Shown piece by piece: positions 8,432-18,346 of a stretch of DNA of 31,343 nucleotides. How positions within the stretch are numbered: the first letter of the stretch is position 1; each line of letters begins with the position of its first letter. The stretch covers positions 1 to 31,343 of the forward strand of contig JAYEOX010000150.1 of assembly GCA_034723415.1 (NCBI GenBank), given 5' to 3'. The notes beneath the pieces were generated by a model. That model saw only the letters and a list, made by a program, of their open reading frames with translations. It had not been told where the DNA came from and ran no database searches. This DNA comes from Fidelibacterota bacterium. Its GTDB lineage: Bacteria; Fidelibacterota; Fidelibacteria; Fidelibacterales; Fidelibacteraceae. The translations under genes were made by a program, and so were the position numbers.

Positions 8432-9621
8432 GATGAAATTTCTGCTACAGCTGGTAATTCAACACCTGAAATAAGTTCAAGCGATGCTCCGCCACCAGTA
8501 GAAACATGGCTGATCTTATCGTAATATCCAAGTTTCTTAACTGCTGCTGCCGAGTCGCCTCCACCTACAAGTGAAATAGCTCCCAACTCTGTAGATTTTG
8601 CCAAAGCATCTGCAATTTTTTCTGTTCCCTTCGCAAAATTTTCCATTTCAAATACGCCCATTGGACCATTCCACAATATGGTTTTACTTGATTTTATTAT
8701 TTCTGAAAATTGTTTAATACTTTTTCCTCCAATATCCAGCCCAATTTTATCTGTTGGAATATTTTCTATTGAAACAGTTTTATAATTTGTGTCATTTTTA
8801 AATTCATCTGCAACAACTACATCTTCCGGAAGATAAAATTTTATCTTGTCATTAGCTTTTGCTTTATCAAGTATTTCTTTTGCAAGTTCGATCTTATTCT
8901 CCTCTACTAACGAATTTCCTATTTCATAACCCATCGCCTTAAAAAAAGTGAAGATCATTCCTCCACCAATTATTAAGTTATCAACTTTTTCAAACAGATG
9001 ATTTATCGTATCAATTTTCCCACTTATTTTTGCTCCACCAAGTATCGCTGTATATGGCCTTTGTGGTGATTCAATTTTATCTTTTAAATAAGTTAATTCT
9101 TTTTCCAACAGCAATCCGGAAATCACCTTATCAAAATATTTGGCAACACCAATGTTACTTGCATGTGCACGGTGAGCTGTTCCAAAAGCATCGTTAACAT
9201 ACATATCAGCTAATTCAGATAATGATTTTGAAAATTCCGGATCATTCTTTTTTTCTTCTTTATGAAAACGCAAATTTTCTAATAATAAAACCTCACCGTT
9301 TTTCAATTCACTTGCCATTTTTTTAGCATTTTCACCTATACAATCATCAGCAAATTTTACATCTAATTTGAGCAATTCGCTTAATCTCTTTTGTACCGGC
9401 TTTAAACTAAAATCGGACCTTGCTTCCCCTTTTGGACGACCAAGATGACTCATGCAAATTACAGAACCGCCATCGTTCAATATTTTTTTGATCGTAGGTA
9501 AAGATGAAACGATACGAAAATCATTTGTGATCTTGCCATTACTAACAGGAACATTAAAATCAACTCGTATTAATACTTTTTTATTTTTGAAATTTATGTC
9601 TTTTACAGTTAATCTACTCAT
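8425..9621 (-). CDS. pgk: Phosphoglycerate kinase
   Basis: RVDFNVP, SHLGRPKG, LLENLRF, NDAFGTAHRAHAS, GGAKISGKI, WNGPMGVFE, GGGDS, HVSTGGGASLE. Start chosen at ATG 9621 (RBS GGGAGA); 9633 is an alternative. Confidence 0.98.
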   Translation of the reverse strand: MSRLTVKDINFKNKKVLIRVDFNVPVSNGKITNDFRIVSSLPTIKKILNDGGSVICMSHLGRPKGEARSDFSLKPVQKRLSELLKLDVKFADDCIGENAKKMASELKNGEVLLLENLRFHKEEKKNDPEFSKSLSELADMYVNDAFGTAHRAHASNIGVAKYFDKVISGLLLEKELTYLKDKIESPQRPYTAILGGAKISGKIDTINHLFEKVDNLIIGGGMIFTFFKAMGYEIGNSLVEENKIELAKEILDKAKANDKIKFYLPEDVVVADEFKNDTNYKTVSIENIPTDKIGLDIGGKSIKQFSEIIKSSKTILWNGPMGVFEMENFAKGTEKIADALAKSTELGAISLVGGGDSAAAVKKLGYYDKISHVSTGGGASLELISGVELPAVAEISSK

Positions 9622-9648
9622 TTTCTCTCCCATTTTACATTATCATTA

Positions 9649-9678
9649 AATATAATAAATTATTTCTATAAATAACAA
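9649..9678 (-). promoter_or_regulatory. Putative sigma70 promoter for the pgk operon
   Basis: Minus strand TTGTTA (9678-9673), 18 nt spacer, TATATT (9654-9649). Same hexamers as the C10 promoter candidate. Confidence 0.4.
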
Positions 9679-9700
9679 ATATTTTTCAGAAAATAAAAAA

Positions 9701-9729
9701 TTGCTAATTTGATAAAATATTTGTATAAT
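9701..9729 (+). promoter_or_regulatory. Putative sigma70 promoter for the metallophosphoesterase
   Basis: TTGCTA (9701-9706), 17 nt spacer, TATAAT (9724-9729), about 30 nt before ATG 9759. Confidence 0.6.
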
Positions 9730-9758
9730 ATTTATGAATAACTGATCTTGGAATTAAT

Positions 9759-10502
9759 ATGAAACTTGGTATAATATCTGACATACACAGCAACTTGGAA
9801 GCACTTAATGAAGTGATGTCAAATTTAATTGATGAACAAAAAGTCGATGAGATTATCTGCATTGGAGATATTGTTGGATACGGAGCTAATCCTAACGAAT
9901 GCATAAAAATAGTCAAAGAAAATGTTAAATATTGTGTAGCCGGAAATCATGATTATGGAGTTATAAAAAAGACATCTATAAAAAATTTTAACAAATTCGC
10001 TAAAAGTGCAATTCAATGGACACGAAGAAAATTATCAGTAAATAATTATGAATACTTGCAAAAATTACCACTCACAAAAAAAATCCCGGCTTGGAATTTA
10101 ATTTCAGTTCACTCATCTCCTTCTACACCCTCTGCTTGGAAATATCTTCTATTTATAGAAAGTGTAAAAAATGAATTTAATTACTTTAATGAAAAAATAT
10201 GTTTTATTGGTCATACTCATCAACCGATTGTTTTTGAAAAATGTATAAATGAAGTTAACTTTTACACGGCAAAAAATGGATTAGAACTTAAAATAAACGG
10301 TGAAAACAAATATATTGTAAATGTAGGAAGTGTCGGCCAACCAAGAGATGGAAATCCTAAATCATCTTTTTGTACCTTTAATACGAAAAATAATAGATTG
10401 AAGATTTTGAGAGTTGATTATAATATCAAAAATACACAAGAAAAAATTATTGCAGGCGGATTGCCAAAATTTTTAGCAGATAGATTGGAAATTGGGAAAT
10501 GA
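9759..10502 (+). CDS. Calcineurin-like metallophosphoesterase (MJ0912/PrpA-like)
   Basis: SDIHSN, GDIVGYG, GNHD, GHTH, NVGSVGQPRDG, RVDY. Confidence 0.92.
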   Translation: MKLGIISDIHSNLEALNEVMSNLIDEQKVDEIICIGDIVGYGANPNECIKIVKENVKYCVAGNHDYGVIKKTSIKNFNKFAKSAIQWTRRKLSVNNYEYLQKLPLTKKIPAWNLISVHSSPSTPSAWKYLLFIESVKNEFNYFNEKICFIGHTHQPIVFEKCINEVNFYTAKNGLELKINGENKYIVNVGSVGQPRDGNPKSSFCTFNTKNNRLKILRVDYNIKNTQEKIIAGGLPKFLADRLEIGK

Positions 10503-10675
10503 ATATTTAATAAATTTACCATTAATAAAAATAAAATACACATGATTATGAAAATATCCATTGTTAACGTAACTGAAAAACTGTAATTTATTTATGTAAT
10601 CAAATATAATGGTGGCAATTTTATTAAATGTAACCTTAAACAAATAAAAATTGAAATTATTGAAAAGGAGTAAAA

Positions 10676-12382
10676 ATGAGTGCATTAATTCTAATGATAA
10701 TAATTTTCGTTGGATACATTTTAATGTATTTTCTATACGGAAGATTTATTTCAAAAAAAATATTTAATATATCAAGTAAAAATAGTGTACCATCAATTGA
10801 CTTAGAAGATGGAGTTGATTATGTCCCAACAAAGAAGGAGATAATTTTTGGTCATCATTTTGCATCAATAGCCGGAACTGGGCCAATTGTTGGGCCGGCA
10901 ATTGCAATTATTTGGGGATGGCTACCTGCTGTTTTATGGGTTTTCTTTGGGGCAGTATTTATGGGAGCTGTACACGATTTCGGCTCTCTAATAATTTCAA
11001 TGCGAAATCAAGGAAAATCAATTTCTGATTTTACTTCAAAATATATCAATAAAAGAACAAGGATTTTATTTTTTCTTATCGCATTTTTAGAGTTATGGAT
11101 TGTAATTGCCATTTTTGGTTTAGTAATAGCAATTATTTTCAAAATGTTTGCAACAGCAATAATTCCCATTTGGTCTCAAATTCCGATTGCTATGTTATTA
11201 GGATTTATGATATATAATAAAAAAGTAAAAAACAATTGGTTGCCTATTATTGCCGTTTTTATAATGTATTTAACAATAATCGTTGGGGAATATATCCCAA
11301 TAAATATTCATGAAATTTGGGGAATCCCTCCAACGGGAATATGGACGATAATACTTTTGATCTATGTTTTCTTCGCTTCGATCTTGCCTGTAACGGTATT
11401 ACTGCAACCACGAGATTTTATCAATGCATATCAATTGTTTTTTACAATATTGTTATTAGTTGGTGGAATTATCACATCTACAATATTCGGTGGTTTAGAT
11501 ATTGTTGCACCTATTTATAATGCATCACCAACAAAAGCTCCATCGCTTTGGCCATTTCTTTTTATTACAATTGCTTGTGGGGCTATTTCGGGATTTCACT
11601 CATTGGTTTCCTCAGGAACTACTTCAAAACAAATTCTTAATGAAAGTGACGCTCCTTTCGTTGGAATTGGTTCAATGCTTATGGAGGGTGTTTTAGCAAC
11701 TTTAGTTATTATTGCTGTCGCTGCTGGGATTGGTTTAGGATATAACCATGGAGAATCAACTTTGTTCGGAATTGACGCTTGGAATTCTCATTACTCTTCT
11801 TGGGTAGCTGCTAAAGGGTTGGGTTCTAAAATTGGAGCATTTGTAAATGGGGCGGCAAACATGATCTGTAACATGGGTATCCCAAGATCAATTGCGGTTG
11901 TAATTATGGGTGTCTTTGTTGCATCTTTTGCCGGAACAACTTTAGATTCAGCAACTCGTATCCAGCGATATGTTTTAACGGAACTATTCACAGGAGCAAA
12001 AATCAATATTTTTAAAAACAAATATTTTTCCACTGCAGTTGCAGTTATTTCTGCAGGATTATTAGCATTTTCTACCGGAATTGGAGGAAAGGGAGCATTA
12101 AAATTGTGGCCACTTTTTGGTGCTGTAAATCAAACATTAGCTGCACTTGTGTTGATAATCATTACATTATTTCTAAGAAAAAAAGGCGGATACAAATGGT
12201 TAGTATCGGGTTTGCCAGCAATTTTTATGAGTGTTATGACAACTTGGGCGATCATTTTAAATCAGATATCATTTTATGAAAGTAATAATATTTTATTACA
12301 AATAGTTAATTTTACAATTTTCATTATTGTTGTTTGGATAATTATAGAAGGATTGTTAAAATTTTTCAAACAAACTGTTTAA
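10676..12382 (+). CDS. cstA: Carbon starvation protein A family transporter
   Basis: DGVDYVPT, GHHFASIAGTGPIVGP, GAVHDF, LLQPRDFIN, FITIACGAISGFHSLVSSGTTSKQ, TTLDSATRIQR, LWPLFGAVNQ; RBS AAGGAG. Confidence 0.95.
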   Translation: MSALILMIIIFVGYILMYFLYGRFISKKIFNISSKNSVPSIDLEDGVDYVPTKKEIIFGHHFASIAGTGPIVGPAIAIIWGWLPAVLWVFFGAVFMGAVHDFGSLIISMRNQGKSISDFTSKYINKRTRILFFLIAFLELWIVIAIFGLVIAIIFKMFATAIIPIWSQIPIAMLLGFMIYNKKVKNNWLPIIAVFIMYLTIIVGEYIPINIHEIWGIPPTGIWTIILLIYVFFASILPVTVLLQPRDFINAYQLFFTILLLVGGIITSTIFGGLDIVAPIYNASPTKAPSLWPFLFITIACGAISGFHSLVSSGTTSKQILNESDAPFVGIGSMLMEGVLATLVIIAVAAGIGLGYNHGESTLFGIDAWNSHYSSWVAAKGLGSKIGAFVNGAANMICNMGIPRSIAVVIMGVFVASFAGTTLDSATRIQRYVLTELFTGAKINIFKNKYFSTAVAVISAGLLAFSTGIGGKGALKLWPLFGAVNQTLAALVLIIITLFLRKKGGYKWLVSGLPAIFMSVMTTWAIILNQISFYESNNILLQIVNFTIFIIVVWIIIEGLLKFFKQTV

Positions 12383-12465
12383 TCTAAAATAAAAATATTG
12401 ATTGATTCGTATAAAGAAGCATTAATTCCCAACATTGATAAATATATCGCTTCATACCATAATTT

Positions 12466-12981
12466 TCATTTCTTATAACCATTATCACCAAATTTTAAAA
12501 CCTTTATTTTTACTTCTGCTGTACCGTTGCCAACATAATCTAATTTTTTAGCAGCGGCATAAGAAAGATCTATGATCCTGCCTTGAATATATGGGCCTCT
12601 ATCATTTATTTTCACAATTATCGACTTTTTATTTGCAATATTAGTAACTTTTACCATCGTGCCAAGAGGTAATGTTTTGTGAGCGGCCGTGAATGCGTAC
12701 ATATTGTAAATTTCGCCGTTTGCTGTCTTTTTCCCATGAAATTTCTTGCCATAATATGAAGCTGTTCCATGCCAGGATTGTCTATATGATAATTTTGGAT
12801 TTTTTGTAACAGGGATCAACTTTGATTTTTTTATTGGTGATGATTGCTGTTTCTTTATATAACTTCTACTACTCCGGCTTGAATAAGATCTAGATGAAGA
12901 ATGTGAAGATTTGTAACGAGGGAAAGATGTACACCCTATAATTAATATAAGAATTAAAATTATTATTATTTGGTTTTTCAA
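12466..12981 (-). CDS. rlpA: Septal-ring lytic transglycosylase RlpA-family lipoprotein (DPBB domain only, no SPOR)
   Basis: Lipobox IIG-C; GTASYYG, TANGEIYNM, TAAHKTLPLGT, INDRGP, RIIDLS; TTG start with RBS GAAGGA. Confidence 0.92.
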   Translation of the reverse strand: MKNQIIIILILILIIGCTSFPRYKSSHSSSRSYSSRSSRSYIKKQQSSPIKKSKLIPVTKNPKLSYRQSWHGTASYYGKKFHGKKTANGEIYNMYAFTAAHKTLPLGTMVKVTNIANKKSIIVKINDRGPYIQGRIIDLSYAAAKKLDYVGNGTAEVKIKVLKFGDNGYKK

Positions 12982-13000
12982 TATATGATCCTTCTTTGGA

Positions 13001-15097
13001 TTACTCTTCTAATTTTCTTTTCCTAATGAATTTGGGTCGTTTATGCTCCGGGTCTTTTTCAATTTCTTTTATTTTATTTTTTTCTTTTGTTGGAAATTCA
13101 TCTTTAAGCAATTTTTCTTTTTCACTAATTTTAGGTTCTTGTTTAACTTGTTGTGATGTATCTTGCAGTGCTTTCTCTTTTTCTTCGATTATTTTTTTAA
13201 TTGTTTCTATTCGTTTTTTACTTTTTGATGCATATTTTTTATCAGGAAAATCATCAGCTACTATTTGATAATATTTCATTGCTTCATCAATCGTACTATC
13301 AACTTCTATTAATTTATAATCATAAAGCCAAGCAATCTGATAATATATGTGAGCAATACTTGTCGAATCAATTGAACCTTTCAATATTAAATTGTGGAAT
13401 TTGTCAATAGCTTGTAAATATTTATCTTCATTAATAAATGTTTTTTCAATTTCATATATCTGCTTTTGTTCTTTTTTATATCTCACACTATCAGGATTTG
13501 GTTTGCCTAAATAGTGGTATGTTAAAGATGATTCGGGGAATTTTTCAACCATTAAATTACGTAAACTGTCAGCTTTAATTGTATCGCTCTTTTCTGTTTC
13601 TAAAACAAAAGCCCAAGTATTTAATAATTGCGGTATGATATCAATATATGGAAAAGTTGATGAAATGTTATGATAAACCGATAAAGCAGAATCTACAGCA
13701 TCAAAATAGAATACATAGTACTCAGCTTCATTAAAACGGATTCGTCCATAATTATTTGCATCTTTTTTAAATTGATCTAATTTCAATAAACGCAATGAAT
13801 TTATTTTAGAAAAATCCAACTCTGATGAATCATTTTTAGATAAGCCCGTTTCTGATGAATCTATTTTCAATGAATCATTTTGGGAAAAATTTATTTTGTA
13901 TAAATCTATCTTTGATGAATCTATAAAAGAATAGTTAGTGTTAGTAGAATCGGTGAGAATATTATAATATTCTCCCGGATGATCAACTAATTTCGGTTCT
14001 TTTTTAACTAATTGTGTCCTCTCATTTTCAATGTTTATATAATTACTAATAAGTCTATCCTTTTTGTTGGCATCAACAACAATTCCCTTCTTCAAATCAT
14101 TGTCTTTTACTTTATTATAATTCTCTTTTGCCTTTTTAAAATCCATTTTATCAAATAAATAGATCTCTCCCAAATAATATGCAGCAAGCGACGCGGATGA
14201 AGTATTTTTGTGACTTTTTAAGACCGATTCATATTTCGAAATCGCTTTTTCATTTTGATTTTCGTAATATAATATCAAACCTAATTCAACTTCTAATTGA
14301 GGCCAAATTTTTTCATAATCTAGATCCCCCAACATTTCCTCAATTAATTTTTTACCTTTTGCATATCGTTTTTGTAATCTATATACTTTTATGTATTGCA
14401 ATTTAACATCCATAAGTAATGACGGATCTTTAGATATTTTCTTTGCTTTTTCCAATTTCTGCAAAGCATCTTTTAGCATATTTTTATCAGTATAAATAAC
14501 AGCTAAATTATAAAGTAATTGACTCTTTTCTATTCTATCCTTGGTGTTAATTATTGCTTGATTAAAATATGAGAATGTTTTTTCATCATCTCCCTCTTCT
14601 AAGGCCAAATATCCTGCTAAACTCATTGCGTCACTAAAATATTTTCGGTTGTTTTTATTTTTAATGAATCGCTCCAATATAGAAAATGCCATATCTTTTT
14701 TATTCTGCCTAAAGTAACATTTTGCTATCCATAATTGAGCTTTGGGAAAATATTCACTATTAGGATATTCTAATATTAATTCCGATAATTTTTTACGAGC
14801 AATTAAATATTTCCCTAATTGGAAATTACAAACACCATAGTAATACATTGCATCATCCACATATTTTGAATTAGGAAATTTCATTATCACTTTCTGAGAT
14901 TTTGCAGCCGCTTCATTTAAACTCTTTACCGTTTTGGAAGACAATGACCCTTTCTCTTTTTCTTTTCCGTATGCAGTTTGAGATTCATTAAACAACTGTT
15001 TTGCATTATAAAATGTGTTAAAATACGCACATCCGGATAATATCATTATCAATATTAATAAAATAATATTAACTTGTATTCGCCTATTATTTTTCAT
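13001..15097 (-). CDS. Large TPR lipoprotein resembling SprE/PorW (BamD/YfiO-like TPR scaffold)
   Basis: Lipobox LSG-C followed by AYFNTFYNAK, then KFPNSKYVDDAMYYYG and EYPNSEY TPR motifs. Start taken at ATG 15097 (MKNNRRIQ); the ORF track start is 15142. Confidence 0.7.
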   Translation of the reverse strand: MKNNRRIQVNIILLILIMILSGCAYFNTFYNAKQLFNESQTAYGKEKEKGSLSSKTVKSLNEAAAKSQKVIMKFPNSKYVDDAMYYYGVCNFQLGKYLIARKKLSELILEYPNSEYFPKAQLWIAKCYFRQNKKDMAFSILERFIKNKNNRKYFSDAMSLAGYLALEEGDDEKTFSYFNQAIINTKDRIEKSQLLYNLAVIYTDKNMLKDALQKLEKAKKISKDPSLLMDVKLQYIKVYRLQKRYAKGKKLIEEMLGDLDYEKIWPQLEVELGLILYYENQNEKAISKYESVLKSHKNTSSASLAAYYLGEIYLFDKMDFKKAKENYNKVKDNDLKKGIVVDANKKDRLISNYINIENERTQLVKKEPKLVDHPGEYYNILTDSTNTNYSFIDSSKIDLYKINFSQNDSLKIDSSETGLSKNDSSELDFSKINSLRLLKLDQFKKDANNYGRIRFNEAEYYVFYFDAVDSALSVYHNISSTFPYIDIIPQLLNTWAFVLETEKSDTIKADSLRNLMVEKFPESSLTYHYLGKPNPDSVRYKKEQKQIYEIEKTFINEDKYLQAIDKFHNLILKGSIDSTSIAHIYYQIAWLYDYKLIEVDSTIDEAMKYYQIVADDFPDKKYASKSKKRIETIKKIIEEKEKALQDTSQQVKQEPKISEKEKLLKDEFPTKEKNKIKEIEKDPEHKRPKFIRKRKLEE

Positions 15098-15182
15098 TTT
15101 CAATTCATTGCCTCTTATGTATTCATTTATATTATTTCTCAAGTCCTTTGTTTCCCATTTTCTAAATTATATTTTAAACTAT

Positions 15183-16247
15183 TTACTCAATAATTATTTT
15201 CCCATTTATCATTACACTAACAATATCTTTTTTGTTAATAAATGGGTTGCTTGAAAAAAACAACATATTTGCTCTTTTGCCAATTTTAATCTCACCATAA
15301 TGTTCATTGACACGAAAAAACATTGCTGGAATATTTGTCATTGCATCAATAAATCGTTCCTTGTCACTTTGCTTTTTAATTGTAATTAAAGCAGAATTCC
15401 AACCTGAATAATTTTTCAATATCGGAATATATTTATCTCTTTCTTCACTTGTCGTTTGGTTTAAATAATTTACATATTCTCTTACATCTTGAAACAATAT
15501 TGCCGATATTAAATGATTACTCGAATTGGAAACTTCACTCAATAATTCATAAGCAACAATATAATTGATATGAAATTGAGAAAATATTTGCAGCAAGTTT
15601 TCAATTTGCTTTTGGTCATTAATTATTAAATATATTGGCATTTCTTCAAATAGATTTTCTAACAATAAATTATTCATTTTATAATTAATAAAATGTTGAA
15701 CATTTATAGTGTCAGCATAATCATTAATCAAAAATTCACCATAATTTCGAATACGATTATCAATGGTTAAAAGTTCAAATGGACTAAATTTGTTAATAGT
15801 AATACCAATTGGTGAAATTGGGATATCTAATTTTGGGTAAATTTTAAGTGTGGAAATTTGATCTGTACCATTAAGTGAATAACATAAATAAGTACAAATA
15901 CCGAATTGGGAATATTTCAATTTTTTAGAATAATTATAATTAATTTTATCAATTTCAATAAATTTTACTTTACTGTAGGATGAATCAAGGTCAATATTTT
16001 TTAAGGGTAAAACCAATCCGGGTAAAGCCGTCATTGTTGACAGATCTAAGGAATTGCCATATTTTGGCAAAGAATCAAAATTTGTAATTTCTCTGATAAT
16101 ACCATTATCAATTTTTATTTTAATACTATCCTGCCAAATCCCATTTCCCAAATACGCTTTTTTTAAAAATACAAAAGTCGGCTGTGTAAAGCATATTGAA
16201 AAAACAGATATTAATATTAAACTTATTATTTTAATTCTATTCAACAT
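15183..16247 (-). CDS. Exported amidohydrolase-fold protein lacking metal ligands (probable pseudoenzyme)
   Basis: Signal peptide. N-terminal beta-sandwich IKIDNGIIREI...LDLSTMTALPGL and C-terminal AMTNIPAMFFRVNEHYGEIKIGKRANMLFFSSNPF...VMINGK. The canonical PGxID.HxH motif reads PGLVLPLKN. Confidence 0.7.
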   Translation of the reverse strand: MLNRIKIISLILISVFSICFTQPTFVFLKKAYLGNGIWQDSIKIKIDNGIIREITNFDSLPKYGNSLDLSTMTALPGLVLPLKNIDLDSSYSKVKFIEIDKINYNYSKKLKYSQFGICTYLCYSLNGTDQISTLKIYPKLDIPISPIGITINKFSPFELLTIDNRIRNYGEFLINDYADTINVQHFINYKMNNLLLENLFEEMPIYLIINDQKQIENLLQIFSQFHINYIVAYELLSEVSNSSNHLISAILFQDVREYVNYLNQTTSEERDKYIPILKNYSGWNSALITIKKQSDKERFIDAMTNIPAMFFRVNEHYGEIKIGKRANMLFFSSNPFINKKDIVSVMINGKIIIE

Positions 16248-16250
16248 CTT

Positions 16251-18098
16251 CTATTTGGTTTGAATATTTAAACAAGTTATTTTACCATCAAATCCTGAAA
16301 GTAAAATATCACCTGAATCTGTCACCACAGGTGTATTTAGTAATCCTATACTTATTCTCTGCTCCCAAATTAATTTGCCTGTTTCGGAAGATACAGAATA
16401 AATATATCCTTTTTGTGTAGTAAAATATATTTTCCCATTTTTTTCTACGGCATAAGACGGATCAATATCATAACCGTAATCTAATCCGGACTTCCACTTA
16501 ATTTTTAAATCATTTGAAATTGTAGAAACAGCAACTAAAGTATCTTGCATTGTTTTTATGTAGATCATTCTACTTTTTTCTGATAATCCAATACTCTCTC
16601 TCCCTGTAAATGAATTTGTTCGCCAAACTGTTTCACCATTGTTAATATTTATCGCAGTTATAAATCTATCCGGAGCAACTATAAAAACCTTATTATATGC
16701 ACCTATTGGATTACAGGCAGCAGGTGAATACAATTTCCCATTTATACCACCTGACCATTTCCAAACTAATTTTCCATCTGCAATGCTTAATGCATAAATT
16801 GTTTCGTCCCACGCACCAAAAATGACCTTATCTTTATACAACAATGGTGTACTTTCAATAAATCCGTTAATTCCAGAATATTCCCATTTTAACTTGCCAT
16901 CACTTAAATTAATTGCTCTAAATTTTTTATCACTACCACCAACAAATATTGTATTTTTAAAAACTACAGGTGAAGTAACGATCGCCGCGCCAGTTTTATA
17001 CTTCCAATTCAATTCGCCGTTTTGGATATCTAAACAATAAATATATGAATCAGATGAAGTAACAATTACACTATTGCGATAAACATTCGGAGTTGTATAA
17101 ATACCTGCATTAGTATGAAATTTCCAGATCAATTTTCCGTCTGATAATGAGATAGCAGTAACATCACCTGAACTATTGCCAAAAATTACCATATCATCAT
17201 CCACTTTTACAGGTGCTGCCACCAAATATCCTGAATCGTAACTCCATTTCTTATGAAAAATAGAATTGATTGGAATGGAAAAATCCGATTTTTGAAGTTG
17301 ATTATCATAGTGTTTTTTTCCAATAGGCAATGAATGCCATTTTTTGGGATTATTAGTGTTTACAATTTTATTATAGAATAATGCAGAATCAGAGTTTATC
17401 TCTACAATATTATATCCACCATATTCTTCGCTGTTACTTAATGTTGATCTACTCATTACACCAGGAATTCCACTAAAATCATATTTTTTATTCGCATGTC
17501 CATGTCCATGCAAAACAAACTGAACATTATATTTTTTAACAATATTTATAAATTCTAAATAATTGGAAACAGATTTATTAATCGGATAATGTGTAATGAA
17601 AATTATTGGTTGAGATTTGTTCTTGAGATTTCCTAATTCCGATTTTAACCATTGCAGATCTTCGGGTGAGAAGAAACCCGGCGCCATTCTCATAATCGGT
17701 CCCTGATGAAGACCAATGAAACGAATACCATTATATTCAAAGTTGAATTTATCTTTTCCCCAAAGTTTTTTAAATTTCGTGCATCCGGAAGCAGACCACT
17801 TTGTATCGTGATTCCCCGGAATAATATGATACTTAACATTTAATTCGTCTAAAATCACTTTTGCAGTATCTAAATTATTATCAATATCCATTTCGGAAAT
17901 ATCACCGGAAACAATAACAAAATCAATATTAGACAATGAATTTACATCTTTTACAGCCAAAGCCAAATCATGTGCGGCTCCATCAGACCCAACATGTGTA
18001 TCAGTAAGCCATGCGAACTTAATATCATTACCATTTACAGTTAGTGTAACAATGAAAATCAGTATAATTGTTATTACAATATTTTTAAACTTTTCCAT
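16251..18098 (-). CDS. Exported metallophosphoesterase + PQQ-like (BamB-type) beta-propeller fusion
   Basis: TDTH, SGDISE, PGNHD, THYP, HGHGH, followed by repeated A-x-x-x-x-D/N-G-K/E-x-x-W propeller motifs. ATG 18098 has RBS GGAG. Confidence 0.9.
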   Translation of the reverse strand: MEKFKNIVITIILIFIVTLTVNGNDIKFAWLTDTHVGSDGAAHDLALAVKDVNSLSNIDFVIVSGDISEMDIDNNLDTAKVILDELNVKYHIIPGNHDTKWSASGCTKFKKLWGKDKFNFEYNGIRFIGLHQGPIMRMAPGFFSPEDLQWLKSELGNLKNKSQPIIFITHYPINKSVSNYLEFINIVKKYNVQFVLHGHGHANKKYDFSGIPGVMSRSTLSNSEEYGGYNIVEINSDSALFYNKIVNTNNPKKWHSLPIGKKHYDNQLQKSDFSIPINSIFHKKWSYDSGYLVAAPVKVDDDMVIFGNSSGDVTAISLSDGKLIWKFHTNAGIYTTPNVYRNSVIVTSSDSYIYCLDIQNGELNWKYKTGAAIVTSPVVFKNTIFVGGSDKKFRAINLSDGKLKWEYSGINGFIESTPLLYKDKVIFGAWDETIYALSIADGKLVWKWSGGINGKLYSPAACNPIGAYNKVFIVAPDRFITAININNGETVWRTNSFTGRESIGLSEKSRMIYIKTMQDTLVAVSTISNDLKIKWKSGLDYGYDIDPSYAVEKNGKIYFTTQKGYIYSVSSETGKLIWEQRISIGLLNTPVVTDSGDILLSGFDGKITCLNIQTK

Positions 18099-18346
18099 AT
18101 AATACTCCAAATATTCATATTATATTATCATTTTAAATAATATAAAAAAAATATTAGCAAATTAAAACAGATAACGTAATTACTTTCGTTTAGTTAAAAA
18201 CATTTTTATAAATTGTGTTTAAAAAATAATATGCTAAATAAATTACAAACATTAGCGCTGTTTTTTTATGTAATTAGAACAAACCACAAATTCATAATAT
18301 ATAATTTATTTATATAAAAAAATTATGATTACATATTTTGTTTTAA

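Noticed and set aside
10503..10675. Possible LytTR/BtsR-type direct repeats (TGTAAT x2) or riboswitch upstream of cstA
   Set aside because: Repeats are short and expected by chance in very AT-rich DNA; no stable structure visible.
12383..12465. GAAGC...GCTTC inverted repeat between cstA and rlpA as a terminator
   Set aside because: Only a 5-bp core with a long unpaired interior; too weak to call.
18111..18346. Long AT-rich spacer as ncRNA, CRISPR leader/array or replication origin
   Set aside because: No regularly spaced repeats, no clear DnaA-box cluster and no GC-paired stems.
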